Assembly: GCF_006345805.1 (NCBI RefSeq)
Contig: NC_043014.1
Span: 38,564,001-38,628,000 of the forward strand
Direction of reading: 5' to 3'
Origin: Octopus sinensis
Lineage: Eukaryota
Length of the DNA stretch: 64,000 nt
Shown here: piece after piece, positions 26,268 to 40,592 of the stretch
Numbering within the stretch: position 1 is the first letter of the stretch
Layout of the letters: the number at the start of each line of letters is the position of its first letter
Notes under the pieces: model-generated
Seen by the model: only the letters and a program-made list of their open reading frames with translations
What the model was told of the DNA's origin: nothing
Database searches by the model: none
Position numbers and translations under genes: made by a program

Positions 26268-26868
26268 CGTGGTCTCTCAGGTTCAGTTTCACTGAGTGTC
26301 ATTTTTGGCAAGTGTCATCTACTGTAGCCCCATGCCAATGAAAACCTTATAAGAGAATTTGGTAAACAAAAATCAAAAGAAACCTTTTGTGTGTGTGAGA
26401 GTGTGTGCATGTGTGTGTTTACAAATACACTTCTCTCAAAATTCGTTCATCTATGGTCAGTAATATAGCTGTTATTTCACCTGACATTCACTCATCCATT
26501 GGCTTTTCACCTTTGAAGAAGTGTGGATTAAGATATGCTTTATTCAGAGGAAAAAATAAAAAACAAACGAAGTTTAACTTTAAGGAGTAATCTGGTGGTT
26601 ATAAAACAATGCCTCGATAATATATCTAATTTATGCTAGTGTGGAAAAAAAAGGAGGGGCCCCCCAAAAAAACAAAAGAATAAACTTACACACGCAATGA
26701 GAGAAAGCAAAAGGTGGAGACTTTCAGATGATGATTATTTAAGTATAGATATATAGATATTTATATTAATGGGTCCACCCAAACCATTATATTAAATATG
26801 CTTAAAATATTTAATATCTTTAATTTGTTTATCCGCATAATTTCCTCTCTCTCTCTCTCTCTCTCTCC

Positions 26869-26899
<31 letters not shown>

Positions 26900-27404
26900 A
26901 TATATAAATTAAATATATAAATTAAATATATAAATTAAATTAGAGATAAAACCACTATTAGGCAAATCAAACAGCGAAAAACATAAACCAAAACATAAAA
27001 ATAAATATAATTAATATAATATACAAAATATATAAAATATAAAACTTAAAATATAAATTATTTAAATTTAAAATTTTTAATTTATATTTATAAATTTTTA
27101 TATTTTTTAAATTTTTAAATTTTTAAATTTTTAAACTTTTAATTTATTTATTCATTTATTTATATTTTTATTACTATTATATATACATATATATATAAAC
27201 ATTTAATCCATGATCAGACGAGATATAGTTTCTTTCATCTGAATTAACGATTACAGATTAAATGATTATTCACTCTCAGATTTGTCTTCAAGGCCTTTAC
27301 TTCTTATGTGGCTGCATATAGCTCTCTTAAACTTGTTATCCACTGGAAACCCCCCCCCCCCCCACACACACACATACATACGAACATATTTCCTCAAATG
27401 TCCA

Positions 27405-27956
27405 GGGAGGTCCCTGGAAATAGTAGATAATTTTTGTTATCTAGGAGCAGTGGAGGTGGCTCTGAAAGCATAGTTGCTTGAGTAAGAACTGGCTGGACAA
27501 AGTTCAGTGAGCTATTACCTTTGTTAATAAGAAAGGACTTCATTCTCGCAGTGAAAGGCAGACTGTATGATGTTTGCAGTGAACCATGGACTGTGACCAC
27601 AGAGGACATGCAAAGGCTTGAAAGAAATGAAGCCATCATGTTCCATTGCACATGAAGCCATCATGTGCAATGTCAGTGAGTATATATGACAAAGTGTAAA
27701 TGCTTTGAGAGAAAAACTGGGTATAAGAGGAATCATTTGCAGTGTGGAATGGCACCCATGCTAGTGGCACATAAAGGCACCAATTACAATCTCAGGGTGG
27801 TTGGCATTAGGAAGGGCATCCAGGTGTAGAAAACCATGCCAAATCAGACTGGATCCTGGCACAGCCTATCAGCGTGCCAGCCCAGTCAAACCATCCAACC
27901 CATGCCAGCATAGACAACGAATGTTAAATGATGATGATGTTGATAATGATGATGAT
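27405..27956 (+). mobile_element. 5'-truncated RTE-clade LINE
   Basis: LEIVDNFCYLG...RTGWTKFSELLPLL...RLERNEA; the same 3' UTR and (GAT)n tail as 1041-2012. Confidence 0.8.
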
Positions 27957-28196
27957 CTATTCATTTATAAAAGTTCCGACATGAATTTAGAATTATTTTA
28001 AATCTTAAATTCAATACTTAGTTCAGCACTTTGTGTAAAGATTACACACCTAGGACAACTACTTTTAGTGAGACAGTATATTTGTTATGATTCAATTCCA
28101 TTCTGTGATAACCATATTTAGCAATAAGTGCAGCTCAAAATATAATCTTTGCCCCACTGTTGACATGGCTAAGATACAAAAATCAGGCTTAGATCT

Positions 28197-28280
<84 letters not shown>

Positions 28281-28329
28281 CATAAATTTTAGATTTATTT
28301 TATCTTAATGGAATACCACATAATTCATT

Positions 28330-29140
28330 TTTCTATATCTCAGAGAGAGAGAGAGAGGAGAGAGAGAGAGAAAGGAGAGAGAATGTGAGAAAGAGAAAGC
28401 AAAAAAGAGAAAAGGAGAGAGAAGCAGAGAGAGGGAAAGAGAGAGAGAGAGATGGAAAAGAGAGAGAAGAAAGGGAGAAGAGAGAGTGAAGAAGGAGAGC
28501 AAAAAGAGAGCAAGAGAAAAAGGGGAAAGAGATAAAGAGCAATGAAGATGATAGAGAGGGAGAGAAAAGAAATGGAAAGAGAGAACAAGAGAGAAGAAAG
28601 AATGGGAGAGGGAGATAAGAGTGAGAGAGAGAAGAGAGCGAGAGAGAGAGTGAAAGAGAGAAGAGAGGGAGAGAGAGAAGAGAGTGAGAGAGAGAAGAGA
28701 GAAAGAGAGGAGGTGAGAGAGAGAAGAGAAAGAGAGAGAGAGGTGAAAAAGAGAAAGCAAAAGAGAGAAGGGGAGAGAGAGAGAGATGAAAAAGAGAGAG
28801 AAGAAAGGGAGAAGAGAGAGTGAAGAATGAGCGAGAGAAAAAAGGGAAAGAGATAGAGAGAGCGTTGAAGATAACAGAGAGAGGGAGGTAAGAGTGAGAG
28901 AGAGAAAAGAGTGAGAGTGAGAGAAAGAGAGGGAAAGAGAGATAAAAACAGAAGAATGAAAGAGGAGAGAGAGAGAGCGAAAGAAAGACAAAGAAATAAA
29001 AAGAAAGGAAAATGAAAACCAAAGAAAAGAGCAAGAACTAAAAACAGAAGAGAAATATAAAAAAAATAAAAACAAAGGAAAGAGAAGAAACAAGAGGAAT
29101 GGTAAATGACAAAGACTGGCTGACAGAAAAGCTGAATTCC
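28330..29140 (+). repeat. Polypurine (GA-rich) low-complexity tract
   Basis: About 800 bp almost entirely A/G, with an internal degenerate duplication. Confidence 0.9.
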
Positions 29141-29517
29141 TTGGTGGAAAATGTAGCACAGGTTTGGAGGAGATTCTTTATTTCACCTGAGTGATAAGAA
29201 ACTAATTGACAACTCCAGAATACACAAGGTGACAGAGATAAATAACTCTAATTATTTTCTTCCTCAATAAATGACCAAAGCCATTGTAATTCAATAGAGT
29301 CTTTAATTCCATCACTGCTAAGCACCATTCTTATCTTAAGTAGAGTCTTTCAATGACCGTCCAACCTTACATTATGACCACTTGAAATCATGTGATAGAC
29401 CCAATACACAGAAGAATGGAACTGAATGTTTGGTTTGGCTGTGTGGTTAAGCAGCTTGCTTCCAAACTGCTGAATGGCAGGTTCAATTCCACAACATGGC
29501 ATCTTGGGCTAAGCGTC

Positions 29518-29518
<1 letters not shown>

Positions 29519-29551
<33 letters not shown>

Positions 29552-30215
29552 TGTGTACAGTGCTCAGGTGCACTACAACTCATCTAAAGTGTATATATAA
29601 TCAGGTGTAGTTTCGGCAGATTTCGGAAAGCATGAGGGCCTTAAAGGATGCAGTGTCATGGCAGTCAACAACTGACGCAGGTAGTTTATTCCATGCTTCA
29701 GCAACTCTGAGCGTGAAAAAATGTTTCCGAAAGTCATGGGAGCTGTGTTGTTTTCTGACTTTGTAGGCATGTCCATGTGTGTTAGACACATGGAGATCAA
29801 AAAGGTGTTCAGTGTTGTTGTTGGTGAGGTGGTTGATAACTTTGTGGGTGTTTACCAAGTCCGTCGCCAGACGCCGGAGCTTCAGTGAATCCATGCCCAG
29901 GGAAACAAGGCGCTCAGAATATGGTAGGTGTCTGATGGAGGGAATGCGTTTGGTTGCACGTCTCTGGACAGATTCCAGGAGGTCAATGTTCTGAGCAAGA
30001 TAGGGGTTCCAAACTGATGATGCGAATTCCAAGTGTGGTCGTACCATAGCTGTATACAGTTTTAAATAGATGGCTGGAGAGCGGCTAACAAAAGTCTTGC
30101 TGAGTGATGCCAAGACACCCCTCAGCCTTCTTGACAATTTTAGAGATATGCTTCTACAATAGTCCTGGGCTGAGCAATGCCCTTGTAAATTAATTTGGTG
30201 GAGGGTAATTGCATT
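29519..30215 (-). mobile_element. 5'-truncated CR1-clade LINE
   Basis: LYTAMVRPHLEFASSVWNP...LESVQRRATK...RKHFFTLRVAEAWNKLP; short 3' UTR and (ATT)n tail; it interrupts a SINE. Confidence 0.88.
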
Positions 30216-30254
30216 GAAGCTTGTCATGTATATTTATGTATATGTGTGTGCATA

Positions 30255-30289
<35 letters not shown>

Positions 30290-30725
30290 AAGAGAGTGTG
30301 TGTGTGTCCTTGTGCTTGTTTATCCCCATCACTACTGCCACCACTTATGTGTCATATACATTTGTGTGTGTGTGTGTGTGTGTGTGTTCTCATCACTACC
30401 ACCACTTTTATGCCATATATATTTGTGTGTGTGGATGTGTGTCACCCCGTGTTTGTGTTTGTCCCCACCAATGTCACTTGACAACCAGTATTGGTTTGTT
30501 TACATCCCTGTAACTTGGCAATTCAGAAAAGAGATCCAAACTTTAATATATATATATATATATATATAACCAGCCAAAATTGCAAAGATAATCTGGAACT
30601 CGACTGAGGATAGAAAACTCTGAATGACCCATCCTTATTTTTTTTGTATCATCTGTCTGCATGTTTTGTCCCTTTTTGTAACACCTAACTGTCTGGATGT
30701 TTTGCATTCTTGTCCCATTTTTGTA

Positions 30726-30765
<40 letters not shown>

Positions 30766-30921
30766 GTTTTTCGCTGTTTGATTTGCCTAATAGTGGTTTT
30801 ATCTCTAATATAATTTATATTTATATTTATACTGTGAAATTTGATTTATCCTAAATCTAATTTTTCCCTGTAAGTTTGGATTTACTCCCTAATATTATTA
30901 TTATTATCATAATTTCATATA

Positions 30922-30966
<45 letters not shown>

Positions 30967-31111
30967 CACTGGAGTTAATTTGTTTGATTAAAACTCTTCA
31001 AGGTGGTGCTTCAGCATGGCCACAATCCAATGACTGAAACAAGCCCAAGACAAAAAAGATGATGATGATGATGATGATAATGACGAGGACCACGACGAAG
31101 CAAAAAAAAGC

Positions 31112-32476
31112 CATTATGTTCAGAGTTAGATGACATGGTGACTCAGGAATATTTGTCACACTGTCAACAAGGCTTTTAAGAAAAAAGAAAAGAAAAAAAG
31201 TTGCAGTCAACTGACTTGTACAGGTTAACACATACATTTCACTGACACTAAAAATATAGGTAAAATTTGAAATCACACCTGTAAACTACTTGCTCAAGTA
31301 AAATAAATAAATATCCTACATGGGAAAAGACATGACAGTTTGATTCAGAAGTTCACCTTGCAATTAATTTTACTTCAACGAATGTATTAGTTATTTATTC
31401 ATGTTCTAAAAAAAATTAATCATGTACCCTGTAGCTTCAAAATTTCAAAGATGAGATGGTTTAGTTTTAGAATGACTTTGTTGGGTAGGTGTGAGAGGCT
31501 GGATCTGGCCAGTTTGAACATAAATCAGAGAGAATGCTAGCATACTAGCCTCCCTTCTCTACACCACTGATGTTACCCAAGGGAAAGGAAAAGGCCAACA
31601 CAGTTTGGCACCAGTGACATCACAACTCATTCTACAGCTTAGTGACTGAAGCAAAGTGAAATAAGTGTCTTGCTGAAGAACAGAACACACAGCCTGGAGG
31701 CACATGGCATCATTATGTTCAGAGTTAGATGACATGGTGACTCAGGAATATTTGTCACACTGTCAACAAGGCTTTTAAGAAAAAAGAAAAGAAAAAAGTT
31801 GCAGTCAACTGACTTGTACGGGTTAACACATACATTCACTGACACTAAAAATATAGGTAAAATTTGAAATCACACCTGTAAACTACTTGCTCAAGTAAAA
31901 TAAATAAATATCCTACATGGGAAAAGACATGACAGTTTGATTCAGAAGTTCACCTTGCAATTAATTTTACTTCAACGAATGTATTAGTTATTTATTCATG
32001 TTCTAAAAAAAATTAATCATGTACCCTGTAGCTTCAAAATTTCAAAGATGAGATGGTTTAGTTTTAGAATGACTTTGTTGGGTAGGTGTGAGAGGCTGGA
32101 TCTGGCCAGTTTGAACATAAATCAGAGAGAATGCTAGCATACTAGCCTCCCTTCTCTACACCACTGATGTTACCCAAGGGAAAGGAAAAGGCCAACACAG
32201 TTTGGCACCAGTGACATCACAACTCATTCTACAGCTTAGTGAACTGAAGCAAAGTGAAATAAAGTGTCTTGCTGAAGAACAGAACACACAGCCTGGAGGC
32301 ACATGGCATCATTATGTTCAGAGTTAGATGACATGGTGACTCAGGAATATTTGTCACACTGTCAACAAGGCTTTTAAGAAAAAAGAAAAGAAAAAAAGTT
32401 GCAGTCAACTGACTTGTACGGGTTAACACATACATTTCACTGACACTAAAAATATAGGCAAAATTTGAAATCACAC
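31112..32476. repeat. Near-identical tandem duplication, 599-bp unit, about 2.3 copies
   Basis: Unit starts (cattatgttcagag) at 31112, 31711 and 32310. Confidence 0.92.
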
Positions 32477-32568
32477 AATTAGAGAAAAACCACTATTATG
32501 TAATTCAAACAATGATAGACACAAACCATATCATATAGAAAAAAAATATATTATAAAACATATAACTA

Positions 32569-32948
32569 CACTACCATCAGAAATTAATTAGCACCCTTGA
32601 TTTGCTCTTCACTCAAGGTATGTGCTGTCACCTAGTGGCCATATCTCGAACTATTGCTTTGTTGCGAGTTCACTGTTGCGCAGAACGATGACGTAACTTT
32701 GTTTGCAGAGCAGTTTGAGAGTCTACACCCTTATGATGTTGACATAGCAGTGCAACAACAACTTGGAGTGCGGATGCAGACAAATCTTCCTTTGTTTAAT
32801 AGATATAGGTAGCGCCTCGCAAGGACCGAAATCACACCATACTAAGTTTTCTCATCGCGTAAGACATTTTGAACAGCTCATAGGTTAATTGATTTAACCT
32901 ATTTAATGTAGAAATTTGAGAAGTGCTAATTAATTTCTGACGCAAGTG
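32569..32948. mobile_element. Tc1/mariner-type MITE
   Basis: TIRs CACT...TCAGAAATTAATTAGCAC and its reverse complement; TA on both sides. Confidence 0.78.
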
Positions 32949-33264
32949 TAGATCACAAAAAGTACAAAAAGTAAATAAACAATATATGATAAGTAAAAAG
33001 ACTACGTACATTTCCCTGTAAGTTTGGAGTTATACTCCCTAATATTATTATGATGATTATTATTATTATATATATATATATACATATATCATCATCATCG
33101 TTTAATGTCCGCTTTCCATGCTAACATGGGTTGGACGATTTGACTGAGGTCTGGCGAACCAGATGGCTGCACCAGGCTCCAATCTGATCTGGCAGAGTTT
33201 CTACAGCTGGATGCCCTTCCTAACGCCAACCACTCCGAGAGTGTAGTGGAAGCTTATATATATA

Positions 33265-33295
<31 letters not shown>

Positions 33296-33353
33296 ATACA
33301 CACACACATATTGATGGATGGATAGATGGAAGGAGATAGAATATATTGTACAG

Positions 33354-33648
33354 CAGGCCTGGCCAACTCAAATTACACTGCAGGTCACTTTAATCACAGA
33401 AAGCTTTTTAAGGGCCACTTGTATTCTGACAGAATTGAAAGCATTTTGCTTTCTCATGCTATCATTACAATAATGAATGAATGATCGTTAATTCAATATG
33501 AAATATTATTGTTGCAAAAACAGTAGTATCTTTCTTTTTTTTACTTTTGATAAAATTAAAATAATGTTTGTTTAAATAAATCCATTTCAAGAAAGTATCA
33601 AGTGGGCCGCAAGATAAAAGTCTGCGGGCGCCAGGTTGGCCAACCCTG
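33354..33648. mobile_element. hAT-type MITE
   Basis: TIRs CAGGCCTGGCCAAC / GTTGGCCAACCCTG; 8-bp TSD ttgtacag/ttgtacac. Confidence 0.8.
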
Positions 33649-33794
33649 TTGTACACCATGAATTCAGTATATTTTATCATACCACCACCACTTACCCAGG
33701 CAAACTAGTTCCTTCTGCCCCATGTTGCCTGCAGTAATGCCTTATATTTTGGCAGGCATAACACACCTACACACACATGTGCACCCATATATAC

Positions 33795-33996
33795 TCTACT
33801 CTCTTTTTACTCTTTTACTTGTTTCAGTCATTTGACTGTGGCCATGCTGGAGCACTGCCTTTAGTTGAGCACATCAACCTCAGGACTTATTCTTTGTAAG
33901 CCAAGAACTTATTCTATCAGTCTTCTTTGCCAAACCACTAAGTAACGGGGATGTAAACAAACCACCATCTGTTGTCAAGCGATGTTGGGGGGACAA

Positions 33997-34027
<31 letters not shown>

Positions 34028-34190
34028 TGACGGGCTTCTTTCAGTTTCCATCTACCAAATCCACTCACAAAGCTTTGGTCAGCCCGAGGCTATAGTAGAA
34101 GACACTTGCCCTAAGTGCCATGCATTGGGAATGAACCCGGAACCATGAGGTTGGAAAGCAAGCTACTTACCACACAGCCACTCCTGTGCC
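33795..34190 (-). mobile_element. SINE family A
   Basis: Family signature. Confidence 0.8.
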
Positions 34191-36329
34191 TATATGTGTA
34201 ATTTTCTGAATTACATTTATCTGATTACACATTATACATATATATGCATACAGGAAGAGAAGGAGATTGAAGAAGGTTTCTTGAACTAAATCAAGAGGGT
34301 TGCAAAGATAAGCTGGTGCAAAAATAAACCAAGATCTAAAAGACCTTTCCCCTCTCTTTTCCTTCTTTCTTTGTGTTATCAATACTATAAATAGACAACA
34401 TGGTCCAAGGGGGAAAATAGGACAAGCGAATGTTTGACATACTGCAAAACAAAGTAAAAGAAGCAAGTAAAAGAGTGTACCTCCTTTTGTTTTTTCAATA
34501 CAATTTGGGGAAGATCTGGCTGTTTTTTTCTAGCAGGCCAAGGCATTGCATAGAGTCTTTCAGATCACATTGTTAAAAAAAAAAAATACAAAAGTTGCAT
34601 ATGTATTTTAAAGTGTCCTCTTTTTTTTAGGATAAACGGAATGCAATTTAGAGGAAATCTGACTGCTTTTTCTAACAGGTCAAGAGACTGCACAGAGGTT
34701 TCCATATTTTACTGGTAAAAAAAGTTTAAAAAAAAAGGAAGAAAAGTTGCATACATTTTTCAACGTATCTCTTGTTTTTAAGACAGAATACAATTTGGGA
34801 AAAATTTGGCTGCTTTTTCTAGCAAGCCAAGGGACTACATAGAGTCTCTTATGGTAAAAATGAAATACAAAAGTTGCATATATATTCCAAAGTGTTCTTC
34901 TTTTTTTAAAGATGAACAGAATACAATTTAGGGAAAATTTGGCCACTCTTTCTAGCACAGGGTCTTCCATGTCTCATTAGCAAACAAAAAACAAAAAAAA
35001 TTAAAAAAAAACAGGGCAGGGAGGTGGGGTACATAAGTTGCAGTTTGTGTGTAGGAGTTATTGAACACTTCTGCAAAATGTTAATGAAATACATGAAATA
35101 AAATGCTTTTACTATTAATGTAAGTTTATATGTCAGAAATTTCTTCCTCCAGAAGCCATATAAGGAAACTGCTGTTATAAACTATATCATGCTCAAAGTC
35201 TTTTTGATCTGCAATCTGGTTAGAACTTAGGGAATGTATAAAGCCACCATAATTTCTAATTGGCACCGGTTGCAATAAATTTTTGGTAGCAAAGCTACTT
35301 AGATAAGGAACAAGTTGGAAAGATCAATAATGTAGAGGTGAGGTGGAGAAGAATTGAAGAAGAAATATCAGTGGCTCTCTAAACTTGATTAAATTATATG
35401 ATAAATTAAATATAAGTACTTTGGTATTCTAAATTACCATATTACCAATGGTGCCACTACGGTTCTTACTGCTAGTACTGTTCCTGCTTCTGCTGCTGTT
35501 CCTGACCACAGGTAATATATTCATATTCACTTTAATTGCTGCCATCAATGAGAGCTTACATGTAAGTCATAGATGTAATTTGTTCAGCCATCTCTAAGGT
35601 TTATGTATCGGTTTGCAATATGAAAGAAAATAATTGGACAACTTTAGTGCTCTCCTTTTAATTTATAAGTCATTAAAAAGAGAAGGCGAACTGAATTATA
35701 AAATGCAAGACTGTAAATGTAGTGTTATATTTAGATCTGGACCTAAATATTCAGAGTTCAAATATCACCAGGGTACCTTTCTCTATAGCAAAATACCTGT
35801 TCCTCTTCCTCTACCATATTCTTGCATTCCAACACTGGGCATAAAAACCATCTTCCTTCAATACTGTAGCCCCACCCTCAATCAAGGTATTTGGTGACCT
35901 CACTAGTGCTGGTTTCATGAAAATGTACCCAGTACACACTCTCTGTAAAATGGTTGGCATTAGAAAGGGCATCCAGCTGTTGAAGCCATGCTGAAACAGA
36001 TACTGGAGCTCAACATGGTTCACTAACCTGTCAGATCCTGTCAAAGCAGCCAATGGCTATCCATGGCTATCAGGGAACACAGATGTTAAGTGAGGTTATG
36101 ATGATGATGAAATCATTCTTATAAAAAAAAAAACAAGCAGTTCAGGCAAAAGAACCTGGTAGAATAAGTTCTAGGCTTACAAAGAATAAGTTAGTTCTGG
36201 GGTCAATTTCCTGGTTTTAAGGGAATTGCAAAAGGCCTAGTTAGTGGCTCAACATTCTGAGTTCATTTGCAGGGCTTAGAAAAACTGAAGGACCACTGCA
36301 ATATGTGTGAGAGTCTGAGAAGGGGAATA

Positions 36330-36726
36330 TCTTTATATATAAAAGTGAAGTTGTGTGTCTGTCTCCTACGATTTAGATTCCTAACTACTCCCACATTTTG
36401 CAGTGCAGTGTAACCAAAACCGGGTATCTTATAGTCGTGATTCATATCGAGCCCTTCTGGGTATTAGCGCGCATCTACGATGAGTCTACGATTTAAAAAA
36501 TATTTACCATCATTTTTTCCCATTTTAATGCATTTTTTCGCTATTATATAAGGGAAGTAACTCTCTAAAAATGTCTACGATGAGTCAACGATTTAAAAAA
36601 AAAATTTACCATAATTTTTTTTCCATTTTTAATGCATTTTTTGCTATTTTTTGGCTATAACTCTCTAAAAATGCTTATATAGTTATTTCCCTTACAAACC
36701 CAAGCAACGCTGGGCGATACTGCTAG
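36330..36726 (+). mobile_element. Non-autonomous Helitron
   Basis: A|TC start, subterminal hairpin cccaagcaacgctggg, CTAG|T end, no TSD. Confidence 0.78.
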
Positions 36727-36930
36727 TATTGAATAAAATCATAATTAATTGATCTTATATCTTCTTTTACCCAAAGCCAGGAACTTTTCAGCACGCCACC
36801 TCAGTACATCTCTCCCAGGAATAGTAGAGGGCAAAAATGAATGGATGCATGCATGAATGAATGAATGAATGAATGCAAAAACTACTTTCCCCCCTCATCC
36901 CCATATAAATATAATTCACTTGTATTTGAA

Positions 36931-36975
<45 letters not shown>

Positions 36976-38072
36976 TGGGACCACGTGTGTACCGTTGGCG
37001 ATTTTTTTCCTCCGTCTTCCCTTCTCTGGATCTTTCCTTCTCCTATGTTTCCGACGAAGAGCTCCGCTTCCCTTCCTTCCTGAGCGTCCAATAATACTAT
37101 ATTTGTTCCATGTCCTCGCATTGTTGTGTTTTCATGTTTGGATTAACTTTATATATATACACACATATACATATATATACATATCATCATCATCATCATC
37201 ATCATCATTTAGCGTCCGTTTTCCAGGCTATGATGATGATGATGATGATGATATGTATATATATGTGTATATATATATATAGAAATATTAAAATAACTAA
37301 GTCTCTCTATATATTTTATAAGAATGCCATATTAGTATGGCGATAACTATTATTATATATATATACATATCTATATACATATACAAACATATATACATAT
37401 ACATATACATACATATACATATACATATATATACATATATATATATATATACTGTTCCTGAATTTGTAACTACATTTTCATCCTAAATAAACCGAAACAA
37501 CAGAATCTGAAATTTTCAGAAACGAAGACCATACAATACTAATGCTTTCATTGCTTCCATTATTTTGAAAACTAATACAGCTATTAGAAAATATTTGTAT
37601 TCTTTAGCCATGTAATTAATATATAAATACATTGATATGACAATGATGATGATGATGATGATGACATTTATAAAGCACTGACGTTTCTTTTTTAAACAAT
37701 ATATTTATTTATTTATTTATTTATTTTGCCAATTCTGAATCTCTGATGTTCAAGACAGAGAAATCAGAAGACAATTCTGTCTTTTTAATTTTTAGAAAAA
37801 AAAAATAATAATAAATAAATAAATAAATAAACAAGATAATATTTAAAAAAAACATAAGAGGAGAGGTTAAGAATACATTCTTAAATGTTTAAGTGCAGAA
37901 GTTTTAGTAAAATTAATGTAAATGGCAAATTCGCTAGTTCCATTATTCAACACTCCATCCAACACTACTATCACCAACACCACCATCTCAAAACAATGAG
38001 GGAACCTCTATATGATTACTTGACTTGCTAGAAATAGCAGCCAATTTGTAATTTTCCATCAAATTCACATCA

Positions 38073-38500
38073 TAGGAGTGGCTGTGTGGTAAGTAGCTTG
38101 CTTACGAACCACATGGTTCCGTGTTCAGTTCTACTGCATGGCACCTTCGGCAAGTGTCTTCTACTAAAGCCTTGGGCCGACCAAAGCCTTGTGAGTGGAT
38201 TTGGTAGACGGAAACTGTAAGAAGCTTGTCGTATGTGTATATATATATAATATATATTCTCTTTTTACTCTCTTTTACTCTTTTATATATATATATATAC
38301 GTATATGTATGTGTGTGTATATGTTGTGTGTCTATGTTTGTCCCCCCAACACTGCTTGACAACCGATGCTGGTATGTTTACATCCCTGTAACTTAGCGGT
38401 TCGGCAAAAGAGACTCATAGAATAAGTACTAGACTTACAAGGAATAAGTCGAATAAAGGCTGTGCTCCAGCATGGCCCCAGTCAAATGAGTAAAAGAGTA
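38073..38500 (+). mobile_element. SINE family A
   Basis: Family signature. Confidence 0.78.
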
Positions 38501-39843
38501 TACCAGTAAAATGCTTAGAATTAAATTTATTTACTGATGATGGTGCCACATAAAAAGTACTGGTGATGGTGCCATGTAAAAAGCACAGGTGATGGAACCA
38601 TGTAAAAAGCTCTAGCGATGGTGTCACATAAAAAGCACCCAGTACACTCTGTAAAGCTGTTGGCATTATGAAGGGCATTCAGCCATAGAAACCAGGCCAA
38701 AACCGACAATGGAACCTGATGTGGCTCCTGGCTCTGTCAGTTCCTGTCAAATCGTCCAACCCATACCAGCATGGAAAACAGACGTTAAATGATGAGGACG
38801 ATGATTATGATTATATATTTACATACAAAGATTGCTTGAAAATAAATCGTAAACTACATTTCATTTCATAGTTTGTTATTCTTTTGAAATTAAAATAAGT
38901 TGTTTAAAAAAATTAGTACAGCTTTCTATATTATCATCATCATCATTTTAACTTCCACTTTTCTATACTTGTATGGGTCAGACAGAATTTGTTGAGACAT
39001 TTTCTATGGCCGGATGCTCTTCCTGTCACCAACCTTCACCTGTTTCTAAATAAGGTAATATTTCTCTTTGACCAGGCATGTTTTCGCAGACGATTGAAAA
39101 CGAATGACACTGCTTGTATAACAGTGACACTCCTTTACAGCTGTCATGCAATGTCAAGACCAGGACACCCCCACCCACACACACACACATGATGGACTTC
39201 TTTCAGTTTCCATCTGCTAAATCCTCTAACAAGGTTTTGGTCAGCCCAAGGCTACAACAGAAGACACTTGCCCAAGGTGCCATGTACTGATAAATATGAC
39301 TTTAAAATAAATTTGATATTGATTAATAAATTTTCAATCAATTTGCCTTTTGGCCAATTTGTTTTTCAACAAATATGTTGATTCTGAATTTCTTTTGCAA
39401 GAATTTGTATCCAAAACAGTGTGTTTTGAAATCAATATTTGTTATATTTAGGAAGAATCATATCAATAAAAACCCTTCCAAAATGGCTGTGTGGTTAAGA
39501 AACTCACTTTGCAAACATGTTGCTTCAGGTTTCATTTCACTGCACAGTAGCTTGGAATCTTCTTGTATAGCCCGAGGCTGACCAAAGCCCTGTGAATGAA
39601 TTTGGTAGGCAGAAACTGTGGAAGCCCATCATATATATATATATATGTATGCATGTATGTGTGTATGTGCATGTATGTGTGTGTTTTGCTCCATCACCAC
39701 CAATACTACTACAACTTGACACCCAGTGATGGTTTGTTTATGTCCTTGTAACTTAGTAGTTTGACAAAAGAGAACAATAGCACAAGTAGCAGATTTAAAT
39801 AAATAAATACTGGGGCTGATTGGTTTGCTTCACAGGAGAGTCC

Positions 39844-39886
<43 letters not shown>

Positions 39887-40144
39887 TAATAGTACTGATA
39901 ATATAATATAGTACTGATAATATAATAATAATAATAATAACAATAATAATGGTACTGCCCTGAGGCAGTACCAGACAGTGATATGAGATCACCATGTCGC
40001 GCACATATGGTTGTGATGCATGTGCCTGGTGTACCCTTATCAGATGGGTAGTCATGATGGATATACAGGGCTTCGTATATTTTATCCCAGTGTCACTTTG
40101 ATGGCATGCACTGCTCTCTCACTCAATAATAATACTAATAATTT

Positions 40145-40592
40145 ATAGGCGTAGGAATGGCTGTGTGGTAAGTAGCTTGCTTATGAACCACATGGTTCTG
40201 GGTTCAGTCCCACTGTGTGGCACCTTGGGCAAGTGTCTTCTACTATAGCCTCAGGTCGACCAAAACCTTGTGAGTGGATTTGGTAGACGGAAACTGAAAA
40301 AAGCCCGTCGTATATATATACGACGGGCTTCTTTCAGTTTCCGTCTATATATATATATATATATATGATATGTATGGTGTGTATATGTTGGTGTGTCTGT
40401 GTTTGCCTCCTCAACATTGCTTGACAACCGATGCTGGTGTGTTTACATCCCCGTAACTTAGCAGTTTGACAAAAGAGACTGACAGAATAAGTACTAGGCT
40501 TACAAAGAATAAGTCCTGGGGTTGATTTGCTCGACTAAAGGTGGTGCTCCAGCATGGCTACAGTCAATTGACTTGAAACAACTAAAAGAGTA
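40145..40592 (+). mobile_element. SINE family A with an internal fold-back
   Basis: Family signature; palindrome at 40284-40347. Confidence 0.8.

Noticed and set aside
37050-37075. CCGACGAAGAGCTCCGCT and GACTGAAGAAGGGG (near 42940) as further hammerheads
   Set aside because: Truncated before GAAA and stem III; a fold cannot be supported from these copies.
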